The notes: generated from the sequence alone by a model not told the origin. A stretch of 62,750 nucleotides of DNA, filler included, from Reclinomonas americana ATCC 50394 (GCA_048213135.1; 4 parts of 2 records of this genome joined end to end with filler, not necessarily neighbours in it); one strand, 5' to 3'; numbered from the whole stretch's first letter, positions 36,314 to 51,818 are shown. Numbers and translations are program-made.

Positions 36314-38204
36314 AGAGAGAGTACGTTAGTTGTTGTTGTGTGGAGAGAGAGAGAGTAGTAGAAAGACGAGAGAGGAGGAGGAGAGAGAGAGAGGGTGAGA
36401 GCGTGTGTGTGAGAGGTGGTCGTACNNNNNNNNNNNNNNNNNNNNNNNNNNNNNNNNNNNNNNNNNNNNNNNNNNNNNNNNNNNNNNNNNNNNNNNNNNN
36501 NNNNNNNNNNNNNNNNNNNNNNNNNNNNNNNNNNNNNNNNNNNNNNNNNNNNNNNNNNNNNNNNNNNNNNNNNNNNNNNNNNNNNNNNNNNNNNNNNNNN
36601 NNNNNNNNNNNNNNNNNNNNNNNNNNNNNNNNNNNNNNNNNNNNNNNNNNNNNNNNNNNNNNNNNNNNNNNNNNNNNNNNNNNNNNNNNNNNNNNNNNNN
36701 NNNNNNNNNNNNNNNNNNNNNNNNNNNNNNNNNNNNNNNNNNNNNNNNNNNNNNNNNNNNNNNNNNNNNNNNNNNNNNNNNNNNNNNNNNNNNNNNNNNN
36801 NNNNNNNNNNNNNNNNNNNNNNNNNNNNNNNNNNNNNNNNNNNNNNNNNNNNNNNNNNNNNNNNNNNNNNNNNNNNNNNNNNNNNNNNNNNNNNNNNNNN
36901 NNNNNNNNNNNNNNNNNNNNNNNNNNNNNNNNNNNNNNNNNNNNNNNNNNNNNNNNNNNNNNNNNNNNNNNNNNNNNNNNNNNNNNNNNNNNNNNNNNNN
37001 NNNNNNNNNNNNNNNNNNNNNNNNNNNNNNNNNNNNNNNNNNNNNNNNNNGTACGTGTACGTAGTACGTAGTACGTACGTACGTAGTAGTAGTAGTAGTA
37101 GAGTATAGTAGTAGAGAGAGTAGAGAGAGAGAGAGAGAAGGACGGTTCGAGAGAGAGAGAGAGACAGAAAGAGAGAGAGAACGACTTGTTTTGTGGTTTG
37201 GTGACCGTGCGAGAAAAGAGGGAGTATTGACAATCAGACAGACGGAGGAGAAGGGGAGAGAAGGAAGGAGCGTGGGAGCGAAGCGGCTTGTTTGGAGGAC
37301 AGTGGGTGCTGCCCATTTAGTTAGGAGACAGTGCAGGAAGAGGGGCACGGATGTGCAGACGGAGAGAAAGGCGAAAGAAATGTACGAGAGAGCGAAGGGG
37401 AGAGAGGGAAACGCAGATTATTTGGAGGACGATCGTTGCTGACACCACGTCACTGCATGTAAAGGAGAAGGAAAAGACAGGGAGCTGGTAGATAGACAGA
37501 GAGAGACAGAGATAAGAAGAGATCAGGGCTGTTGACACTGTTTTTCCTTCCGCAGGCTCTGCATACATCGCAGTGTCTGGCATGTACTATCCGAGAACGG
37601 ACCACAGTTCTTCTGTGGTTGATTGGTGCTTGGCTGTGCGGCGCATGCTGACAGAATTTGAAGCCAAGGTCGGCAGGAGTGAGGAAAGCACGCCATCTGC
37701 CCCTGTCGTGCGCTCATCATCGCGTCTTTTTCGTTCTCTCAGACGGGACTGGAAGTGTTGTACAGAATCGGTGTCAACACGGGACCGCTCACGTCGGGTG
37801 CGTACACTCTGCATCGCTGTGCTGCGGTGCAGATCGAGTTCTCACGAGCTCCACAGGCATTGTTGCCGGCCTCATGCCCACGTTCGACGTGTACGGCGGT
37901 AAGTAGTTTCTCACTGTCAATGCTCCCTCCGTTTTCGCGCGAGCAGCGACTGATCCAAGATGTGCACGCGCACAGATGCCGTCAACATGGCATCAAGAAT
38001 GGAGAGCCTGAGTCCGCTCAACCAGATTCAGATTTCCGAGTCCACGCACGCTCTCGTGCGCAGTCACTACGACGTGGAGACGCGCATGGTTGAAGGTGAG
38101 ATGATACGTTTTTTCTGTGTCACGCGGCTCGGAAGCTCACAACACGTCGCTACGCAGTCAAGGGCATTGGTATGACTTCAGCGTTCGTCGTGCACGATCG
38201 ATAG
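27407..38204 (+). CDS. Large multi-TM receptor (TmcB-like N-terminus) with 3 PAS domains and one class III nucleotide cyclase domain
   Basis: Many hydrophobic exons; YPENAELAALYSQFLLEVKQD; PAS segments IESVNHTFCRLLGY, DAIVVCDTKGIILEANEAMRSLFGY, DAIFWCEPDGTICDCN; cyclase ERVKTIGSAY, RIGVNTGP, FDVYGDAVNMASRMES, VKGIG. Single-gene continuity is inferred. Confidence 0.85.
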
Positions 38205-38205
38205 A

Positions 38206-38930
38206 CTAGATAGAATCCGAGTGTATAGTACTGTATCTCTCCGGGAGGTCACATGCACCGTCTGCGATCACGTAACGCCACCAAGTGCAGGGACACGCCT
38301 CCACATTGCGCTCGGCGACCATGAACACCTCCACATCGCCCTCCAGCGCATCGCTCTGCGCTGCGGCTGACAGACCCGGTTAATCGCATTCTACACCTGC
38401 TTGTCAAATGTGCGTCTCGATCAGCGCCACACGTTGTATCCTCGGCATGCGAAGTAGCACGTTCTGTTGAACCCCACAAGAGAGATCAGCACACAGTTGA
38501 CCTCTCTCTTTCTCACGCAGACAGGCACAGAACTCCTCCTGTTATCATCGATCCCATGATCTCCATGGCGCCACCAATCGCAATCACACTGTGAGCGCCA
38601 CACACACATGAGCGCCTCTCTCCCTCTCTGTTCTGCTCGCTCCTCTTTGACACACACACACACACACGGAAGCACGCCTGTTGTTCCGTGTGAGCTCCAC
38701 CTGATCCGTCGCGCCTATCAAGTTGTCAACACATGCACACACGCACACGTACACACACTCTCTCTCACAAACCTTTGGTCGACAACAACGTGGCACAAAA
38801 CTCCAAGTTCTCTCGCGTGTGTCGCCACAACAGCGGAAACTCATCGCGCAACAACAAGAACAGCTCGCGCGTCTGCCTCACAGACACACTCTCAGAGACG
38901 CACACACACAGAGCGAGAGGTGCTCACCAT
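38206..38930 (-). CDS. Small hypothetical spliced gene
   Basis: ATG|gtgagc start-codon intron, then TRELFLLLRDEFPLLWRHTRENLEF..., VIAIGGAMEIMGSMITGG..., SDALEGDVEVFMVAERNVEAC...*. Phases not all resolved. Confidence 0.4.
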
Positions 38931-39046
38931 CACGTGATACTCTCTTCCTCCAGCAACGCAGCTGTCTCGGCGGCTGCCACTGTGCTCATTCTTTCAGTGT
39001 CCTCGTCCTCTCCGTGGCCCTCCGTCACTCGCCTTTCACCTCTCAA

Positions 39047-41903
<2,857 letters not shown>

Positions 41904-42160
41904 GAAGGCAGTCATAAAGGGGGAACGAGATTGTGGAGTGACAAGTTTTGGCTCATTCGACGGAGTGTGTTGTTCATTACGAAGACCTCGCATAGAGAGT
42001 GAACAAAGTAGCACCCCTTGTCTCTGAGGCATCCTCACTATCAACACCACCACCAGCAGCTCTCCTCCCACTGTGCGTGACACATCTGATTGGATTCGAG
42101 CTCTTCCTTCGCTTCGCTGTTGCTTTGGAATGGAGGCAAGCCGACGTGTGGGCAGTCGAC

Positions 42161-45100
42161 ATGAGCGACCTTCTGCGGAGCTGTGGCGAGAGGTGTGTAT
42201 GTGACTGCGTGGAGTGCTGTCTGTTGTGGCGGGAGATGATGGGATGATTGATCTGTCACACACACCTATGTTCGCCCAGTACGTCGACGCACGCAGAGTG
42301 GTGAGCGGCGGGTGCCAGAACGTTGTTGGAGAAGTCTCTTTGTCTCTCGCACACTCACTCTCTCCCGCTCTTGTTCTCACGTGCGCAGCGCGATGACATC
42401 AAGTTGGTGACAGAGGCCTGCCGCACACTCCAAGTGCTCACGGACAGCATGTCTGGTACGCCGTGATCTCTGTCTCTCTCCCTCCACTTCCACCCACAAG
42501 TTAGTCACCTCTACGTGTGCACACAGTGAGACCTCGCGATCGTTTTCTCGACGAGAGCGACATGCGATCGCCACTGGTGTGCATGAAGGGATCGGTGCCG
42601 TACTCAGTCGGCGGTGTGGTGAAGCAGTGCCCGTTGGCCATTTGGATCCCACGCTCGTATCCCGAATCGTGCCCGCTGTTTGTTGTGCGCCCGTCGTCGC
42701 GCTCGACCGAGCCCATGTGCCTCAACGCCAACAATCGGTGGATCAGTGCTGACGGTCTGCTGCCGTTGTTTGTTTCGCCTCTGTGTCTGCGTGTGCTGAC
42801 TGTGTGAACAGGTGTGGTACAGCACGAGTACCTGTCGGTGAGAGTAGTGTTGTTGTCAGATGATGCAAGGTCGTGTCTCACAGGTTCGTACAGACGTGGG
42901 AGTCGAATCACGGCCTGCTTCCGATGGTGGCCATCTTGCGTGATTTGTTCTCCACCGTGCCGCCACTGGTGCCAATCGCATCAGAAACTCTGCCAATGGC
43001 CACCGCCACAGCGCCGTCTGCGTCAGTAGCTGCCGCCACCGCTGCTGTGCCAGTGGAAACGGTCGTCGATGTTGTACCGCAACGCGTGGTGACTTCCGGG
43101 CGCACCCGCATCGCGACGACAACAGCCACAACAGCAGTGCAAGCAGCAGCGGTGCCACCTGTGTCGACCGCGGACGTTGTGGATATTACACGCACACGAA
43201 GTGCGCGAGTGGGTGCTGGTCGTTCTGCGATTGAGCCCTCGGCGCCACCACCACCACCACCACCGCTTCAACCGTCACGAATGCCATCTGCTCCCCCTCC
43301 GCCCCTCCCTCCTCATCCTCCGCCGCCGCCGCCGTCAGCTCCGATCCTTGCGTCGGCACCGACCGGTCTACCGGCACCTCGTCCTCGCATCGATCCCCCA
43401 GACGAGGTGCCGTTTTCAGTTTTGGGTTCGCCACCGACCGCTGCCACGTATAATCGTCACCCGCCGGCGCCAACAGCGCCGACTACGGTGACAGTAGCGC
43501 CAACTGTGCCGTCGCCTGGAGTCGTACGGAGACCCTCGCCGTCGGCGGCTGTGATTACGACGACGACAACGCCAGCACCTGTTGGAGTTGCGCGGAGACC
43601 CTCGCCGTCGGCAGCTGTGACTACGACGACGACAACGCCAGCACCAACGGCACTTGTTGGAGTTGCGCGGAGACCCTCGCCACCTGCATCTGTGACTACG
43701 ACGACGACGACGACGACGACCGCAACACCAATGGTGCCTGTTGGAGCTGTCCGGAGACCCTCGCCGCCGGTAGCAGCTACGACGACTACCACGGCGTCGA
43801 CGGCACCTTTTGGAGCTGTCCGGAGACCTTCGCCACCTGCTGCTGTGACTACGACGACGCCTATTGGAGTTGCACGGAGACTATCGCCGCCTGCTACTGT
43901 GACTACGACGGCGATTGCGACGGCACCAACACCTCTTGAAGGCACACGGAGACCCTCGCCGCCGGCATCAGTTACAACGACGACGACAACAACAACACCC
44001 TCGGCAACAGCTGCTGTTCCTGTTGCTGCATGCCGGGCTTCTCCACCGGCAGCATTTGGCGCAATTGCGCGAGCTGATCCGCCTGCAGCCAGCGCGGTCA
44101 CTTTGCCATCGCCACCACCACCGCCGGTGACTGCCGAAGCGCCTTCTCAGTCGTTGCTGTCGCTGCTTTCGAGTGGCGATCGCACCACCCCGGCCGCCAT
44201 CCATCTTCCCATGTCATTGTGGCAGGTAGAGCAACACAGAACGAGCCTCTTGTTTCCCTTGGTGTACGTGTGTCACAGCCAATTTCTCGCTGCAGGTTCC
44301 TGCCGACGACGACGACGATGACGATGATGATGATGACGAGGATGATGACGAAGCCGATGATGAGCGTGACCATGTCGCCCCGAAACCCCTCGGCGGGTCT
44401 CCGCCTGGAAAGGACGCTGGAAGGAGACCACGTCCCCTTCCTTCTGCATCTTCCTCATCGTCGTCTTCTTCAGCCTCCGCACCGCCACACGCACCACCCG
44501 ACGAAGTGGTGAGCACTCCTCGTGTGTACGGCAGTGCGGAGGAAACGGAGCTGGCCGAGCCGCTTGATCCCGCGCTAGTTGGCAAGGACACTTTTCAACT
44601 GGTGTCCGAGTTGCGTGCGCTGCAGCCGCTGGAAGAGACAGCAAACCGCAGGTTACATGATCTGCAGTACTTGAGCAAGACTATGTACCGGCGGTGAGCG
44701 GCGTTTCGTTGCCCACGATACACGCAAGCTTCTTCGGCCCCTGATCGATTCTCGCAGGTCTGCCGATCGAGCCGACCGCGACCGCAGCCTCACGCAAGTG
44801 CGCGGCGAAATGGACGAGCTGAAGGAACGCAAGAAGCAGATCTTGCGCGTGCTGGTGCAACGAGCCAAGTCCGGCGGTCTGCAAGTGCTGGAGGACAAGG
44901 ACATTTACCTGGCTCTGTTGGAAGAAGTGGATCTCATGTCGCACGACGTGTGGCTCACTCACCACGTGTACCAGAATGGCGACTATCGGTTCGCGGCTTC
45001 GTCCTATTGTTGCTCTACTACCCGCAACAGGCACACTGACAAGTTTCGCGCGTACGTGCAGCTCACGGATGGACATGTTGTGTGACATGGAGACTGCGGT

Positions 45101-47028
45101 TGCTGGTTTGTTGAGCGCACTTGCTGTTGGTGACGGCAAGTCTGTGTCTCACGCGATGGCGTACATGTACAGGGGTGGATTCTGGATTGTTCCTGGCCAG
45201 GCGCCAGCTCTCAGACTACCGAATAGTTGCATCCTCGATGATACTCTTCTTCTTCTTCACACTCACTCTCGTACTTAAGCACGGAGGGTATTCATGGCGC
45301 ATACAGATTCAGGAAGTTGTCACTGGGCGCATCTTCAAGGTGTCTTACGGCGGCAAGCAGTTTGTCTTGAAGGTGGGCGAGCAGCTCCTTCGTTCGTGAT
45401 GCGTGGTTGGACACTCACCGTCACTCGCAGGTGTATCCCTACACCGACAGGACATTGTTTGAGAAGTCGCTGCGTGTGCTCTCCCGTATCAGGCATCCAG
45501 GAGTCATTCAGATCCGAGGTCTATCTTGTCGTTCTTCAAAAGGTTGTACTCTAGCATGCACCGTCCTCACAACACTACTTGCGCAGGCTACTTTGTCGAT
45601 GAGACCTCGCATCAGTATTACTTGCAGATGCCATACTATTCGGGCGGCTCGCTACGGGATTGGCTGGCGACGCATACCTCGTCAACCGTTGAGAATTATT
45701 CAGCCAAGATCGAAGGTTTGTGTGTGTGCGCGAGACGTCGTCATATTCTACAAGTCCGCCAACGTCGAATTCGTGATCGCAGTGATGCGCAACTTGCTGA
45801 ATGCCGTGTCGTTTCTCCACTCGCACGGTATGTGACAGCGGTTTGCCTGCTTATTACTCCCCCGTTGTCACCAAGTGTATGCGACAGGCATTGTGCATCG
45901 CGACCTGAAACCATCAAACGTGGTGATGAGTGCACTGTCGCAGCCGGTGATCATCGATGTGGATCTTGCAAAGGACCTGTCCATGCAGGGAATGTTGTTT
46001 GGCGACGACCGCACTGTGACCGGCAGAAGCGTTGTTGTCGGCACTCACGGCTATCAGGTGCGTCTCAATGATGTTGACGTGGGGGAACAATGATTGTGTT
46101 GTTGACTGTGAAAATATCAGGCGCCCGAGTTGATGCGAGGAGGCAAGCACACAAAGGTAGCTTCATTTGTTGACAACATCCATGGGTACGGTGTTTTTCC
46201 TTACCTCGCTGTTTTCGTTATTGCCACAGGCCTCGGACATGTATGCTGTTGGAATCGTCTTTCTCAAGTGTTGCCTCGGGGAAGCATTCGACCCGACCCG
46301 GCTGCAGTACGTCCGTCAGACTGGCAGGTACATGCTGCCCGAGTTCCCACAGCAGCTCCGTGCAATGCGGCTCCTCATTGAGGACCTCACTGCTGAGGTG
46401 GGTGGTGGCGCACCCGCTGACACCTTGCCTGTCCGCCACACGTTCTCAACATCTCTGGCAGAACCCCGAGGAACGGCCGCAGGCGCACGAACTGCTCTCG
46501 AATGCTGCGTTTGTCGTGACGGACATGCTGAGTCGGCACGGGCACTTGCGGCCTGCGTTGGAGAAGGCACATCGTCTGCAAGATGCTCTGCGTTCACTGC
46601 AGGGCCGAGTCCCTCTTCGTTCTGCTGTAGCCGATCGGCCATCAGTGCAAGTGAACAGAGCGCGTGTCGTCGATGATCTGGTTGACAAGGTTTGGAGGGC
46701 GTGCGGGGCACAGCAATCACGCTAGTGTTCGCTCTCACTCTGCGCGGCGCAGATTCAGTGCATGCCCGAAGACGACATTTTCTTGGCATGGAGCGTTGCG
46801 TTGCCGTGCATTCACAGTCGTCTTTGTGCACACTAACCATTTGGATGCGCTGACAGTGCAAGTTTGAGGGCGAGGAGGGAGTTGACGCCGGCGGTGTGTC
46901 GAATGAGGTGCAAAGCGAGTTCTGGAGCCAGCTGGAGGAATCGACATATGTGCAGCGCAATGTGGATGGCGTGTGTTTGGTGGCTGCACCGGGAGGCATG
47001 CGTGCCGACAGGTGCAGTGTGTGTTGTG

Positions 47029-47114
<86 letters not shown>

Positions 47115-48416
47115 TATGAGTTTATCCACCTGGAGACTCATCTCGTGTATGGTGTCACAGGTACCGACAGCTGTGGGTTGGTGCGTTGTGTTTGTGTGTG
47201 CCGCAGTGACGAGGAAGATAATGTGCCTCACTCGCGCTTCAGGTGTGGGCAAGATGATGGCGCGATCTCTCGCCGTGTTCAAGACGCTGCCGATCGAGTT
47301 CCACGAGTGCGTCTACGAAGCGCTGCTGGGTCGCCTACCAAGAATAGGTGACGATCATCCGGGCGGTGGCGAGTCGTTCGAGCAGCTGCTGGTGCGGGCA
47401 CGACTTTTCTCCATTCTGTTCACACCCACAGTATGTTTTTGTTCTCATCCCATGCTACGTAGGAGGACACGTCTCGTACCGAGGGCTTGCTGAGCGAGCT
47501 GCTGGACTATACCGACAGTACGTCGTCCCTCTTTACGAGAACAAAATCGATCTCTCTCGCCTCATGTTGCCATTGCTGCAGGGTGGAATCCAGAGCAGGC
47601 TCGCAGTTGTCGGTCTACATTGCGCGACTGGCGGCAGGCAGTGGAACTGGTAACGCTGCCCGAGGTGTCGCTAGGCGGACACGTTCTCGAAGTCGACAGC
47701 GACACGGCGACGGAAGGTCAGTCGTCGTGGTGTTCCACGCGCAAATTGATGCACAACTCAATGCGCACGCGCAGCTCACGTGCGAACGCACATGATGCTG
47801 TACTTGTACACGGAACTGATTGGTGGCCGCTGGGCGGCGTTCGAAAGTCTGCACAGCGGATTCACCAGGCATGTGTGATCACAGCTTTACTTTTCGTTTG
47901 CGGGCGTGCTGACACCCTCTCGTACCAGTGTGTGCGGCTCCGAAATGGAGTCTGCACTGAACGACATGACTGGTGCCGAGGTGCAGCTGGCGTTCCAGTG
48001 TCGGCGACACATTGACGCTGCCATGCTGCTCAACAACACCTACTTTGTGTTTCGCGAGGGTGCTCGTCCCGAGGAGGAGCAGTGGTTCACAGCTGTGCGT
48101 CTGCGAGTTGTTTGTCGTTGCTTTCTTCCTTTGTTGACGATTTTGCGTGCGCGGACAGATTGTGCGCCGCCTCTCGCCGACACTACTGCGTCGTCTCTTG
48201 CGCTTCGCGACGGGTCTCTCGGCGATTCCTCCTTCTGGAAATCTGGCGCAGAGAATTTCTGTCACATTCCTCGGCCCTGGGCGCAGTTCTGGAACACTGC
48301 CCTCCTCGCATACTTGTTCCTCGGTGCTCGATATGCCGCAATACGATTCAGAGGCACAAATGGAGGAGCGGCTGCTGGAGTCGATCGGTCAAGAATTCGC
48401 GCTGCTCTTTGCATAA
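42161..48416 (+). CDS. UEV (TSG101-like) - Pro/Thr-rich - coiled coil - protein kinase - HECT E3 ligase fusion
   Basis: UEV: LVCMKGSVPY...PLAIWIPRSYPESCPLFVVRP...ISADGVVQHEYL..W...LFSTVPP. Kinase: HPGVIQI, YYSGGSL, HRDLKPSN, GTHGYQAPE, SDMYAVG, PEERP. HECT: FEGEEGVDAGGVSNE, LLRFATG, LPSSHTC, LDMPQY. Confidence 0.85.
43515..43990 (+). repeat. Coding tandem repeat: 7 x G(V/A/T)xRR(P/L)SP...poly-Thr
   Basis: GGAG(T/C)..CGGAGACCCTCGCC..GTGACTACGACG units seen directly in the DNA. Confidence 0.9.
47031..47109. repeat. (GT)n microsatellite, intronic
   Basis: Perfect dinucleotide run of about 39 units. Confidence 0.95.
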
Positions 48417-48499
48417 ACTAGTAATCATGTATCGCATCATCCGCCCGCGTTGCGAACAATCGCGTTCATATACCTCAACGAAAAAGCCAGGCACTACGA

Positions 48500-51400
48500 C
48501 TACACCGACGCAGACGGACCAGCAGCAGCGGCAGAAGCAGGAGCCGGCACGAGTTGGATGCGAGAAGTCTCCGCAGCGCGCACCTGCTCGTCGGTCCAGT
48601 GCATAGGCTTCAACCGGCCACCGAGCCAGTACTGGACTTGATCGTCGTAATGCGGGGTGCCGCGAACGCCACTCTGGCCCGTCGGCAGGATGTTCATCGA
48701 GCGGGACAAGTCGGCACAGTCGACAACCATGCGGTACGAGGGCAGGAAAATGTGTGCCAGGTAGTTGTTCACGGGATCGGCGGCCGTGTTGTTCAACGTG
48801 TCAGCATCCTGTGCGCGACGAGAAAATGAGACTGTGCGGTCCACTGCAGCATAACTGCTCTCAACGCACTCCGCCAAGCTCGAATGGGCCACGGTTGAAG
48901 GCGCCGACCGCCGCGCCAATCGGGTGCTCCATGGTGAACTGGTGCAGACGGCCCCATCGCCACTTGTTGCGGTTCGAACCTGCAGCAGCAGCACGAGTTA
49001 AGGTCGGCTACCAACAAGTACCAGACCAGAGGGCTGACACACACTCACCCAGCCTCCGCTTCAGCTCGTCATGTGCGTCCTGCAGCGCATGTGCCACCAG
49101 CTGCTGCTTGCCACCCACTTGGCGCAGCAGTTCCGAGTCCTGGTCCAGTTGCAACAGTCGAACCAGAGTGTTGATCTCCGAGCCATACAACGCACCTGGT
49201 GACCGTCAGCGTGAGCAACGAGTCGTGTGTCTGGCGCGCACACATACATCCTCGTTCAACGCAACTGTCCTCCTTGATCAGGGGGAACACCAGCTTGCCG
49301 GTCATCATGTCGGTGACCTCCGGGCCGATCGTGTCCTCCAGCACATTGCGCAGCAGACGAGCTCGGAACACCTGGAGTTGGAGTGCGATTCTCACGTGAA
49401 TGGCAGAGAATAATGCACGCAAGAGGACCACACAATGAACCTGGTAAATGGCAGCGGGGGCAGATTGTGCATCCATGACGCCGTCAAAGTTCAAGAACTC
49501 CTGGAACAAGTCTCGCAACTCCTGGCTGAGGCCACTGACATCGACTTCGCGAACACTGCGTGCCAGGCAAGACGATAAGTGAGACGAGCACGAACGTGGC
49601 TGACCACTCGTCATGCGACGCAACGCGGCCTGCAGATCCAGTGCCGCCAGCGACTTGATATCCATCTGGTGACGACGCGCGTCCTCCAGAGTGTACTTGC
49701 CACCATCTGCAGTGGTTTCCTGCAGACACAATCACGTCAGCCATACCGATTTCCACATGCAGAAAACACAAAGAGACGACGCACAATAATGAGATCCTTG
49801 ATGCGACGCGCACGGTTGCCGTTCAGCCACAGATTGCCGAGATCGTACGGGTACGTCTCCGGATCGATGACGCGATGATTGCAGCTGATAATGTATCCTA
49901 CATCAATGGGCACGGGCAGTGTGAGTCATTGCATTGCGTCCATCCGCAACCACATTAAAAGAAGCGGACCTTGCGCAGGATTCAGACAGTGCGGCATTTC
50001 GTGCTTCGGCACAAAGCCAGTCCATTCGGTGCGGCTCGTGTTGCCGGGCTGCGGGAAGCGCGGCGACACGGAGCGAATCGGCACTGCAGCCGCACGCGTG
50101 AGCGGATAGTCGCGCGATGTGCCAACAATGCGTTAACTCACCAGCACCGGACAAGCAGTAACCAATGTTGCCGTCGACATCGGCGTAGGTGAGGTTGAGG
50201 CACACGCAGTCGAAGCCCTGTACAAAGGCCTTGAAGCTGGCCCAGTCGTGCAGGTGCATTTGGTCGCGCAAGTAGTGCACAAAGTACGGCATTGTGCCGG
50301 CCCAGCACTGGCGCTCTGCCGGCAGCTCGCTGGCGGCCACTGCATGTGCATGAGTGAGTGCGACAGCTTGTTTTGTACCACACAAAAAATACAAACCTCG
50401 AGGGAGGGGTGGCGACAGGAACACTGCCTGCACTGCAATAGCGCGGTCAACGCTATGCGGCGCCGACAGCACCGAGCTGATCACTGGACCGTGATGCGAC
50501 ACGCGCACCGTCTGAAAATGAGAGGCGTGCACGTGAGTTTCTCTTGAACTGTGCACAGGGGGGGAGTGTGCGTCTCCACAAACCAGCGTTTCGTCGGGCT
50601 TGCTCTTGATCTTGATCACCTCGTGGATCACCTGGAAATCACGCCACTGCTCGTCGTACTTGTACTGCCCGTCATTCTCCGGGTTCACCTCCTCGATGAA
50701 GATGTCGGCAATGTCGGCGAATCCGAGTGTGATGCCGTACGTGATGCGGTCGGTGTGGCCAATGGTGACGCCTGGCATGGTGGGCATGGCCACGCCTGGG
50801 GGAAGGGGGCAAGGGGCAAGGGGGAATGGGGAAGGGGCAAGGAGAAGACAGAGGGACAAGGGAGAAGGGAGAGGAGGGGGGAGCAATGAGAGTATGAACT
50901 GTGACGAAAAGCACTTGTCTTCAACAAGCGTACGCACAGATACCATATGACACGCCCACACACTCACACACTCGCACAAGACATGTTTCTTTGTCTCTCT
51001 CTCTCTCTCTCTCCCTCCCTTCCCTCCCTACAAACCAGTGACATTGATGCCGGCACTCTCGCACTTCAGGTGGAACTCCATCCAGATCGACGGCAGACCG
51101 ACAGCCAAGTGCGGATCCGACGCCAAAATCGGCTTGCCAGTGTCGGTGAGAGCGCCACTGGGGTGGGGAGAGTTGGCGATGAGCCGCGTGCATCAAAATG
51201 TGCGACGTGCAAGTAACTGGTAGGCTCACCTGACCACCCACGAGTTGGAGCCCTGGCCCGTGGGAATGGCACGCAGCGGCTCCAGGTTCACCTCGTTGAC
51301 GCCGAGCGGCAGGATGGTGGGCACATACGACGGGTGCCAGAAATCGAGCTCCTTGGCCGCCTCTTCGCCGATGCGGTCCACAATGAGCTGGTTCACCAGC

Positions 51401-51818
51401 GGCTCGTACCTTTGTGTGCAAACATGCGTCAGTACAAGCGGGGACGCACATTGACAGGGAAAAACTCACCAGCCGTAGTTCATCTCGAACGAGATGAGCC
51501 TGCGCGTACGTGTGATGGAGAAGATGAGAGGCTGATCTGCATCATGCTCCAGACGCACACACACATACCGATGAATGGCTAGCAAGTCGGCGATGGTGAA
51601 CGGAGCCGTGGCGATGCCGGCAAGCGTAAACTCCACCGGTCGCTTGTACGCCGCGCCGGAAATGTACGCATTGATGCCGTCGACATACGACGAGAACCAG
51701 CGTCGCGTCTCCTCATCAATGTGCGCCGCATCCAGCAACCCATTGGCGGCAAACCGCAGCGTACGCGCCAGTCGATCGGTCGGCAGCGCCGCCTCACCAG
51801 CAAACTCGGACAAGCGAC
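48500..51818 (-). CDS. Penicillin acylase / AHL acylase family Ntn-hydrolase (peptidase S45), 5' end lost in gap
   Basis: GRLSEFAG; YVDGINAYI; GQGSNSWVV (nucleophile Ser at 51247-51249); TDTGKPILASDPHL; YADVDGNIGY; LPTGQSG...PHYDDQ. About a dozen GT-AG introns. Confidence 0.92.

Noticed and set aside
37051..37115. GTAC/GTA repeat next to a gap
   Set aside because: Resembles pyrosequencing TACG flow noise at a contig end.
38929..38989. Second apparent in-frame TGA on the minus strand (MSTVAAAE...ESIT*W)
   Set aside because: An ATG directly at the splice donor with a canonical CAG acceptor explains the gene without recoding; no redox motif or SECIS seen.
43515..43990. CRISPR-like repeat-spacer array
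   Set aside because: In-frame coding repeat with degenerate units in a eukaryotic gene; no cas genes.
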